Shown in pieces: positions 12,810 through 23,800 of a stretch of DNA of 64,000 bases. Position 1 is the first letter of the stretch. Each line of letters opens with the position of its first letter. Made by a program: the position numbers and the translations under genes. The DNA is from Phoronis australis (taxonomy: Eukaryota > Animalia > Phoronida). The notes beneath the pieces are model-generated. The model had not been told where the DNA came from, searched no databases, and saw nothing but the letters and a program-made list of their open reading frames with translations. The DNA is taken from assembly GCA_002633005.1 (NCBI GenBank), contig NMRA01000137.1, forward strand, positions 496,001 to 560,000. Direction: 5' to 3'.

Positions 12810-13761
12810 AGTGTACACAACATGACTCTAGTATCTCAAAATAAATTTTATTATTATATCTTACTTGATTTCAGTGACTTTAGTGCACAGCTCATAAAGA
12901 AACACGCAAAAATTGAAAAAAATTATAATTATGTACAACGTCATGGGTTGAACCCAAGTCGTTCGCCATACTGTTCGGATCAGAGACAAAGTGTATAGAG
13001 TGAAGAGAAAGCAAAGTACATTTAGCGTCGAGAAGGTTCGTAGAGGGATCAAAAGATGTGTTTCCGGAGGCTGCAGCAACAGCAGCCAGGCGGAGAACGT
13101 CTCGGTGTTCCGGAGGACACCAAAGTTGCGCAGAAGTGGCATCGCTTCGCTAGAGTGTGGGACGTCATCGTGGACCAAGCGATTCGGTCCGGGGCCACTC
13201 TGTGTTCTGCCCACTTTGAGGACTCGTGTTTCGATTCCAGTCACAGGAGACGTTACGATGAAGGCCAGGTTCAATAAAGGACATTATTTATCATTCAGAA
13301 ACATCAGCTCTTAATTCAGGATCGTCTGTGATGACTAGGTTGACTCGCTGAGCCCGAGGCCGCTTCTCTCGCGGGAGGATCTAGTTCGTAAGGCTCAAAG
13401 TAGAAAAGTACGCAGCCGGAAGCACATTAAACTTGTTCTCGCTTTCGTGCAACCCCATTTCCTCATCCTGGCCACCATTGCCTTACGTTTCTTCATAGTA
13501 TTTGTTCAATTCTTGCTCATAATCGTCGTCGATTTCAAATTCGCTGCTCTCCGCTATTGTTCAATGCTAGTCAATGATCTCTTGTGTTCAACCGATGACG
13601 TCACAAGGCGGCAAATGTGAAAATTGGCAAAATTGAAAGAAAAATCAAAATTTCGAGCTAATTACACAAAATAAACATGGGTCTAGCTAAATTTTACGTC
13701 ATACATTTAGTCTGTGGCCACCGGTAATTCAAAATGTGCAAAAATCCATGGTGTGTACTGT
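12810..13761 (+). mobile_element. Kolobok-type element with frameshifted THAP zinc-finger relic
   Basis: TTAA flanks; imperfect TIR agtgtacacaacatg / acagtacacaccatg; THAP read across two frames (KRCVSGGCSN... / ...PEDTKVAQKW...LCSAHFEDSCF) at ~13050-13260. Confidence 0.72.
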
Positions 13762-14019
13762 TTAATGGGGTCTAAATTTAATGTGAACTACTGTGAAAAA
13801 TGACTTCATTTGGGTCATATAAGTAAAGTTCATTAGAGCGTTCTCCCGTTCGCTACAGCGGTTGTGAGCGTGTGATAACATTTAGCTCCTTTGTTAACTG
13901 CCGAGCATAGTCTTTTTGTTTGCTACTACAACATGCAGGTAAATTATCTACCAGGCTTATAACCGATCACATGTGAACACAGTCAAACCATAAGCCGAAC
14001 CTGGTGGGCTCAGTATTAT

Positions 14020-14402
14020 GTTATATTTAACATAATACATAAAAACATTTCTGATACTATAGGAAATTATTTCAATTCCAATAACCATAATCTTCAAGAT
14101 CTTACTGTACAAATAATAGAAAAACTCCAATACCGCAGTACCCCTCACAGACTCAAAAGAGAACAATTTTGGATAGATAATCTCAATACACTAGAACCTC
14201 ATGGATTAAACATAAAAACTTTTTAAATTGTATCCTTGATTTTTTTCCGCAACAATGTATCATATTCATTACGCCACATCTTAAATGTCAATTGTCATAT
14301 AGCGTTTGATTTTACTTTATTTCTGTTTCTGCTGACGAAGGATGTTATTATATCCGAAAATTTCAATTGATCTATTCTTGTTGTTTTATATTACCTATGT
14401 AT
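14020..14402 (+). mobile_element. Penelope-like retroelement 3' fragment (GIY-YIG C-terminus + pseudo-LTR)
   Basis: Translation ...IIEKLQYRSTPHRLKREQFWIDNLNTLEPHGLNIKTF* matches the RE..WI..L.T..P.GLN end of Penelope endonucleases. Confidence 0.8.
14329..14366 (+). ncRNA. Minimal type I hammerhead ribozyme-like motif of the Penelope pLTR
   Basis: CTGACGA-A-GGATGT-TATT-ATATCC-GAAA followed by palindromic AATT; stem I is weak. Confidence 0.55.
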
Positions 14403-14705
14403 AGAAAACAAGGGAAGTGTGTGACCATTTAAAATTTTCAGACACGCATACAAATCATTAACCTCGTTTTAGCGCTATTCACTAGATTTTAATACTAATA
14501 AAGGTTCTGGATGGGAGACTTCAGTCTGAATACGTAACGGCATCTCCACCTTTTGTCCAGGTAGGGAATCAGGCCAAGAAGTAAGAAAACAATACACAGT
14601 ATTTTAACTACGCGTGTACTGGGTGACACTGCAGAAGTTGGAAGCACGCGCAACGCTGAGAAAACATCGCCGAATCCGTGTCTTATAATTGACAGTAAAC
14701 ACGGA

Positions 14706-14817
14706 ATGGCTGAAAATGGGCAGCATTGGTTCCAAGGTTTAATCGTAGGCACTGTGTCATTGCTATTAACGATTCCTGTTCAAGGCCTGGTAGAAGAATA
14801 CTACACGAAAACGGAAA
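14706..14817 (+). CDS. Gene B first coding exon, signal peptide MAENGQHWFQGLIVGTVSLLLTIPVQG
   Basis: ATG, hydrophobic core and VQG cleavage-like site; phase-1 donor gtatgt. Confidence 0.72.
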
Positions 14818-17800
14818 GTATGTTTTACTGTAAAGTAGTCGCAAGTCGGTACGCATTCTCATCTTAAGTAGCAATTTCTGACAGAACTTTGGAATCAAAG
14901 AATTCTACATGACCACTCAAAGAATTGGCTGAAATTTTACCAGTGGATTCGTATCCACTTCAAACGACACCAACCATCATATTACACTCACTGACCTCTG
15001 CGTCTATTTTTTATAACACTCTGAAAGTTTTACTTGAAACATGCAAAATAGTTCTTTTGGTAACTGGACTAATCCGTGCAGAATAGGGACTGATAATCGA
15101 TACTGTGTAGACGTACATAAATATAATTTTCAAAGAAATGAAATTACCGCCCTTCTTGTTGGCTCTCATTTTGTTGTACCACCTAATTTAAGTACCTAAA
15201 CTCAACTAAGTTTTTGATAAGAACATAGCAAACTGCAACAAAATGACTCTTGAATAAAAGTCAAAAGGTCAAAAAGCTTGTCTTCTTTTGATTTCATGTA
15301 CAGAAAATCAACTGAAAAGTCGCATTTTTGGTTTTCAAGTGTCCAATACTTGTTGTAATTGCCCAGTAAAATAAAATACGAACAGTGACCGAAAGTTTTT
15401 AATTGACAATAAAACATTATTTAGCGTGCAGAATTATCATATTTACATTTTGATCTTAGACTGGTTGGTTGCTCACGTGAAAAGGTCGTTATCTAAGTGG
15501 GAAACTGCACGTGATATACAGCAGAGCTTTTACGATCTACCTGAAATGTGAGTGAGCCATTTGATATTAAGTCACCCTGGCACGAGTGCGCGTGTTTGGT
15601 ACGCCTACATTGCTTGGTGAACGGATGCACAGTATTGTTTACTTCCCTGGGAGAAGATAAATGCTCCCTTGAGCATCGTTAGACACACGTGTGATATAGT
15701 TCCGGAAACTGCATTTGATGACGTTGCAAGGCAGTGTGTGTCTGCCCCGAATTCATAGGGAGAATCGGTACTTCCATCGGAGTTTCCACGGAACCTTTTT
15801 ACAGATGCCAATAGTTTAGTGAACAACTATAATGCACAAGTCATTTGTCAGTAACTTCGACGGCCAAAAATTCATTAAATACATCTATTTGGAGTTTTGT
15901 TGAATGAGCATTGCTTGGGCGTTCACTTCGACTTAACTAACATGCGTTAAAAGCCGTTTTATGAAGTTTTGTTTTTTAACTAAATGAAGCGGAAAGGTTG
16001 GTTTTCAGTACATTCAAGATGCAGTTTAATTTCAACAACTATTTTTAAAGACGGAACCGCTGTTTTAGTGGCGCTGTTGTCGGTTAGAGGAGATCGCACA
16101 ACGTTTGAAGACCAGCGACCCGTTCCAACAAAACTGACTTAGATAAGACAAATTTTAAATTTTAGTAAATTTTAAAATGAAAGTTAAATTTGTCTCAAAA
16201 CCAATTCAAGAAAGAAATCTCAAGTTTGACATAAGTGTTTGACATTAGTTTTGTCTTAATTTTGAATAATTGCCGAATATGGAATTTTTAAAGTTTGGAA
16301 GTTAAGACAAATCATAAACTTAAGTCAAAAGTGAACTTAAGTCAATTTCTTGGAACAGGCCCCAGTTGAAGCCAGTTTTATTTAAAAAAATACAGATCAA
16401 TAGTAAAATGAGGAAAACAAAAACACGGTTGAAAGCTAAGAAGTGTTATATTTCAGTGGTTTTTCCGACTGTTGAAAATCATTCTTTGTTCTCAATTAGT
16501 GAACGTATTGGAACGAGTATCTTCAAGAACGCATGGAAACTCAGTTTATACGAAAACGCTTATCCTTCTGTGCCCGAAGTCTAACCGTTTTACACGAAAT
16601 TGAAATCAAAATTATTTTTGGCATTCTCGGTTATGTTTTCTACGAACTCAAGATAATTGTCTTATTATTATGTGATTGAGTGCATTATGTTTTTCTTGTG
16701 TAGTCCTAGTTTGCACTTGGTCACCTTAGCACTAAAGCTACGAGTAATCGCGAGATTTTGGTTGAAATGTTGAGTTAATACTCGAGTTTGCAGGCCTACT
16801 TCAAATATAGGCGTTCATCAAGTATAAACTGGTATAAAACCATGCATAAACTATTATGCTTTCCAGACAAAATAAGAGACACCTGTGATGGCTCGGATGG
16901 ATTTTTGAATTGTGAGAGACATAGGCAGATCCAGGGAGGGGTCAAGGGCGTCCAGACCCCCTTTTTCCCTTGATTTTAGTGATATCAAATCTGGAATTTT
17001 CATGTTGTTGACTTGTACCCTCCGTTTAAAAGAAATCCTTCATCCAACCTCCCCCCTTTTTAAAACATTCTGGTTCCTCCCCTGTGAGAAAAATATAATA
17101 TTCCCTGAATTTCTTCGTGGTTGACAGTAGACAGGCGTCCAAACTAGAACCCCTGCCGGCATTGAGATTACGTTTTCGCTTAAACCTGTCCCAGTTACGC
17201 AGTGGATGCAGTTTCCTATCTTTTTGCTATTTCAGTTAATTTTGGTACTCGCTGTAACCGGGAGCAATATGTTAGTGGTGACAGACTTACAGTTGTACGC
17301 TTCAGCCATCAGTTGGCAACACTTCGTCCCAAGGGATGCCAAGAAATATATGCTTACCATAAGAAAAGCGATGATTCTGACAACATGGTCTTGAAGGTCA
17401 GAGTGAAGCGTTTTGATGTCGGCAGCTCCACCAGTGCGAGGCTGCACTTAATAGACCCGTTCAAAAGTTCCAGCGTAGGTGTTATCTACCATTCAGTTAA
17501 CATTTTTGCAGATAGGCAGACACGTCTCATTTTACAATGGATCGTGGGAAATCATTCAGTCTAAGCAGAGTGAATCTGAACAGAGCTGTAGGAAGTGATG
17601 AACTTGAGGAGCGTAACCAATTGCTCTCCCAAAAAGGTGCAGGCATCGAAATGAAACAGTTGGGACCACTGTAAGAGAGGGGTTACAAAAGCAGGGCACA
17701 GCGAAACATCTAAAAAGCGAAAATTTATGCATTTGTCAACTACCAGTAGTGAGTCCCGGCCTAGACATTTTTGTTAAGGAGGTCTATCATTTTGCAGTAC

Positions 17801-20800
17801 AGGTTGTCTAAACCCACATGAAAACGCCCGAGAAAATTTATTATGTAGGAAATATCCGTAGGAAATTGATGTAGATTTTTAAATTTAAAAAGACATTTTT
17901 TGATGAGAATACAAAATTGTATTTCTTTGGGAAAACCTTGTCTGGTGAGCGATAATGAATTTATCTGCCGCTCTTTTTCCGTTTTATTGTGTCTTGTATG
18001 TATTCATTTAAAGTCAGTTGGAAGGAGGCCTAGAGATATAATCAATATAGCTGCTCAATTCCTTTGTTTGAAATTATGTACCTTTCGTGTTTAGGAGACC
18101 CGACGCTAAGTGATCCATATCAACACTTTGTGAATTCATTTTCTTCCCGCTGTCAGAGAGAGGTACCAGCGATAGAATTAATTGATCCTCTTTTCCTCTC
18201 TTTGAAATCGTACCTTTTACGTCAAAGAAGATCGGAACTTGAGGGCCACATGAAGGAGTTCCCTGCCCGCCTTGTACTGGACGTTAACGTAGCGTAGTAG
18301 ATCAAACTTCACACGTGAGCGTCTTTTATGGGACATTGTGGTAAATCCGTCAGGTTTCCCGCAAATCGTTATCGTCCATGGAAAATAGTTGTATCTGATA
18401 TTACCTGGTAATTGTTCGTTGGTCAGGCTACTATTAGAGGACAATGTATTTTAATCTGTGTGACGGTACGCTGACTCATTCGAGCCAGAAACCATTGGAC
18501 TAGTAACCAGTTCCAATAAATGAACACTGCACATGTCTGTTCTCTCTCCTTTTTGCTTGAAGACAAAAGTGCTCAACCGAACATCTGGCAAGCTGGACGC
18601 CATTTATACTTCTGGGACAAAGGTCGTGGTGAAGCTGGATTTGTTGGAAGACAACGACACGTTCGCTGGCGTTTCGTTTGAGATAACGATTGCCGTTTCT
18701 TGTACGTAAGCCTTGAACAAGTTCTAGCGAAGTTTCTTTATTATTGTACTTTCGGTGCTCAGCGGACAGACGTGGAAACTATCACAACAGGATACCAGCC
18801 TCCCGTTCAGTAACACTAGGACCTCGCTAAAAAGCAAGACTTCGCGGGATTACTTGAGATATTGCTGTGTATTTCAAATGAGAACGTGGCTTTGGCTAGA
18901 TTTTAGCTAGGCCCTAGCGTACAGTACAGCCACTGAATTATTAGACTCTCTCCGGTGTCTCTCCGGTCTAGCCACCCGTGACCGTAACCGGAGACAGACC
19001 GGAGAGTGAGACGTGAATCAAGCGTGACAGCTGACGTGAGCCTAAGCGTGACTGTACCCGGAGCTTACCGTGAGTTAGGCGTGAACGAAGCGCGAGCCAG
19101 CTGTGAGCCAGGCGTGAGTTTACCTGCATCGCAGATGAAAAAGTAATTTATTAAAATTATATGAGTAACTAGCAGTGATGTGTGTATTCTCATAGACTTT
19201 TGCTCATGTGAGGTTTATTTTTTTGAAATCGTCACGTTCAGCAAAAGACCAAAATTTCCTTCTCAAGTCTTAATTCACTTCAGGAAACAGACCTGTGGAC
19301 TCTACTTTGCTACTATATAGAATTATTTGTTTTTTATGTTAACTAATAAAGAATCTTAACACGCGTGTACATGGCGGAAATATTCAATTGCCTTCACGAT
19401 ATGAAGGAGCACAGCATGTCAATTCTGAGCACATTGATCCCAAGTTCCGGCTTCATACGGAGAAAACTGATCGTGCCCATGCATTTGACGAGTCAAACAG
19501 ATCACTGCTATTATTATTTTAGTGAAGAAGTACCCCGGGTATACTGTGAACTCAGTCGAAACGCATGTACTACGGGGACGAGGCTACGTTTGCTTGCAGT
19601 AAGAAATGGGTATGTCAGAATGGCGGCCTATTGAAATTTTCTGTACGCCAGTGCGGTGCAAAAATTTACGGAGTGACACAATACTTCACAAGATGCGTAG
19701 GCTATTTTTAAGGGAAATTAACTATATCCAGCTGGGACAAGTTTCAAGGAGTCCACAGCCATGTAAAGACGACTCTGGACACAGGGTCGCGTATATTCGT
19801 ATTTACTAACCGTGGTTACTCTACATGTATGTCGTTGATGGGACTGGCTCTTAAGTCGTAAATAGAAAATGTACATGTAACTGTAACACAAGATGAGATG
19901 AAGGAAGACGTTTGTATGAACAACACGTGGAATTACAAAGTTAGTCGGAACCCAAGTGTGATAGATGACTGCTTGCAAAGATACTCTATAATATACTATA
20001 ATGTCTTTGCAACTTGTCCGAAACGACAGGCAATCAAGACGTTACATGTATTTTTATTGATTAGCCCGGTGCCCTCCCATGGTTACCACAGGTACCGAAG
20101 GAGTGAAGAAAGCGTGAGGAAAGCGTGAACTAAACCGGAGGTAAGCGTGAGGACTACCCGGAGAGTAGGCGTGAGGCGACCGTGACTGATTTCTGTCTCG
20201 TCTGCGTTCCGGTTGCGCTCTGGTCTGGCCAGGCGAGAGGTAGCCCGGACGAAGTCTAAAAATTCAGTGGCTGTACTGTAGGTCCTAGAGATACTGAACG
20301 CACGCCAGTACTCTAAAACATTGCGAGCCAGCATGAACGTAAGTGATGTCAAGGGTATACCCCTTTACAGTGCTACAAAACGGAGCACTGTCCTATCTTG
20401 TTTAACGTGGCTTCTCATTGGTTTTGTAATGAAACCAACGTCATAACATTCAGTCATTCCCATTGGTTCAAATATGGGAAACCCCTTTCAGTTTATTGTT
20501 GCTCGTGTAGTTAACACACAGGCATCATTTCGTAGCACGAGTTTCATCACTGGTTTTATGAACGCTCGGCAGTCATTGGTTAACTTTGCAAGAAAGAAAG
20601 TAAATAACAGACTATGGACGATTTTTGGCCTTGTCATGCAAGTTGTGTAACAGCAACTTTTTCGTTTCCACAGTAATGTCTAGCCTAATTGCCCCGTTTG
20701 TGAAGCACATACATATACATCTGGCCGTTAACCGTTTTTCTTCGTATTGTGCATGTATGAATACAGGACAGCAATGTAAACAAAATTCAGCGACATTTGA

Positions 20801-23800
20801 AAGACGCATTCCGAAAAGGCGCAATCACAATTTTCTGGGATTCACATTTCTTGAACATGAATTAAGCACCGGCTTGTCTGTACAACACACCACATTTACA
20901 TTTCCTCTATCATATCAATAATGAAACTTTGTTAGTGTTAAGTGCTATCTGTTGAGATTTCGACCAGCCAATCAGAAACGCCAAGGGAAAGTATAGGATA
21001 CCTGCGTGTTCTCTACCACCTAGTGACACGCAGGGAGCCAGCGCATCCGTTCCAAACGACGTAACTCCATTCAAGACTTTATTAAATGCAAGCCGTTACA
21101 TGCTTTCAGCTCACTGTAATATATTAACACAATACATTATACACCCTAACACTCTTCAACGAGTCCTACATGCGTGTTACAGTGGGCTCCAGGATCAAGT
21201 CGATGTTATTTGCTGTTGCCAAGATTTTCGCTTATATTCAGCTTCGAGACTAGCGGCAATCTGTATTTCGCGCCGAATTAACAATATGACCGTCTCAGGT
21301 GGAAATACAGCTATCCCAGAACTCTCAGGTCTCGCGACTTCACACTTGTTCTCGTTACTCAAAGAAAAGGCCGACTCATTGTGGGCTTGTTAAAGAATGT
21401 TACAGTGTATTAAGTATTGTATTAATATATTACGGAGACTCACAAGCATGTAACGGCTTGCATTTAATAGACTTTTGAATGAAGTTACGGCGTTTGGAAC
21501 GGATGGGCCAGCGAGTCTTTTGGCGACCACCTTTGCATTTTTTTAAAACGGGCAGTGATTGAAGCAAAAAAAATCAAGGGAACCCCGATCCCGAGGCCAA
21601 ACAACTTCAATGCAGGAAGGCGTGTGCAAGCAGTGGTGATATGATCAGTATACAATGCATGTGCATTGATGCCCACTCACGGAATTCCGTGTGTCGTTCG
21701 TCATGTTTCCACGGGGCAATTTTTCAGTATTGGGGGCGCTGTGTCAGAGGATATGTCTGAGGGGCTATTTCATGAAAGTAAGACGAAAATTTCTTTTACG
21801 TTCCCACTTCACAATTGTTAAAAATGTATGTCTAGCCAGATAATGATAGAGTAACAGTCTATAAACAACTCATATAAATCACCTCAGTATACTAGCCGTA
21901 AACTTAGTATTCTCAAAGACTGTGGACTTTTGTGCAAGTGAAATTTAATTATTTTTTCTGAGGAAGTTGTCATGAGTCACCTTTCATGACACAGACTTCA
22001 GACGTTAGATGCTACTACCGGCTTGCCAAGATACAAGCATTTCAAGTTCGACAACTGGCCCGTGTTGGTAGAATGAACATAAGGCGAGATTTCGCAAAAT
22101 TTCGTGCAGATGGGCGTTTGCCTGTTGATAGAAATTCTGGTTTGATTTTGTTGTCAATTACGCCATCACCAAATTGTATCTTGACGCTTTTTAAGCCGTT
22201 ACATTACCAGTTGGAAACTAAAACACATTTAAACTGCCTCTTGAAACCATGCATTGTGTTTAAGGGCTTCTTCCGTGAAAAGTGCTAATCATCTGATTAA
22301 CTACTACGAATTTTGGGAATACACTCAGAGACTGTGTAGGCCTACTTTGATACGTAGCGATTACATTAATTTTGGGAACGAAGTGTCGATGAGTCTAAAC
22401 AGTGACAGCCAAGGGGCTGAGAAGGTCGACTGAAACGACATCATCATCGTCTCTTGTCTCTTTTAAACAACGGACGCGACTCCCCAACTTAATTCCATTT
22501 TCACCTTAATGTGCTCAAATTCAAAGTACCTAAAATTTCATGCCGCGTGTTTTCAATCCAACATAAAATATCGAATCCAGTCGACAGTACTAAGTAACAG
22601 TACTTATTTCCTTGATTTTCTTTTTCAGCTAATATTTTCCTAGGTTTCTTTGCCAGAGCTCGATCTAGACCGACAATCATATAGCTTCTTAAGTTTGTAT
22701 TCTGTATTTATTGGGAGTTTCCGCTCCGAGTCCCATCCGGCCATGGATTACGGTCTGTGTATTAGTGGGGGTTATTCTTATTGTAGGAAACAGTGTCATG
22801 TGTTAAGTAATCTGAGTAAAACATCGAACCGATCCTGTTAAACCTTCCTCCAGGTTTTAAAAAGTGACACACAAGGTTGGTCAGCCAATCAGACTTTTTG
22901 TAATTTCGGATTAATAGAATACTTCCTGGAATGACATGCAGTTACCGACACATAAGAACTTAAAATTGTCTATGCCATGCCCTTGATAAAGAGCGTGCCG
23001 TTCGAAACAGTTGCTATTTCAATTTCGGGCAAAATTTCGTTTTACCTGAAATAGCAAAATGTTCCTCGGTCAGTGAAATTTAATACCACAATGCTGCAGA
23101 GAACAACCTTTTTGTGAATCTGGAATCAAAATGGTAACTGTTGTCATTCACACCATTTTCGTAATCACGAGCGAACCAATATCATTAAACCCACTTTCAA
23201 CGGAAACCTCAGAACTGCCACCAAACGTTTGTGGCTACAGCGCCATTTCTAAGTGTCTCCTCAAATGCATTTTTTTAACCTTAAAAGTGATCCGTACATG
23301 CAATAAATAATAGAAGCACTGATATAACTGACGTCCCTACACGTGAACTCCTCGTGATTTCAGATACGCCCATGGATCTCGAATGGTGGCATTACCTCCT
23401 TATTGCAGTCGGGATTGCGATAGTTCTGGGTGTCGTTGGGTTTGGTGCGATAAAGACCAAAATTGCTGAAAGTAGGCGGCGTCCCGCGATGCAGATTGGA
23501 ATGGTTGAAATGGCAGAGAAGGGTAATGGGATGTCTAGATTGTTGATAAGTCACGTACATACTATCATCTGTATTGAGAATAATTGGCAGGAGTTATGGA
23601 TATGGGAGCGTACTAACTAGAATGCTTGCGAGCTGGGACCAAGTACCCGTTCCAAGAAATTGATTTGAGATAATGTTTGGGACTCAACTAAGATCCTAAA
23701 TCAATTGCGTATTTGCGGGCTTGTGAAAACACTGATTGTCCTATCTTATGCTGTTTGAGTTCCATTACTATACCAATTTTTGTCTTTAATACAAATCGAG

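Noticed and set aside
13030-13280. Host THAP-domain gene
   Set aside because: Frameshifted, truncated and enclosed by TTAA-flanked TIRs.
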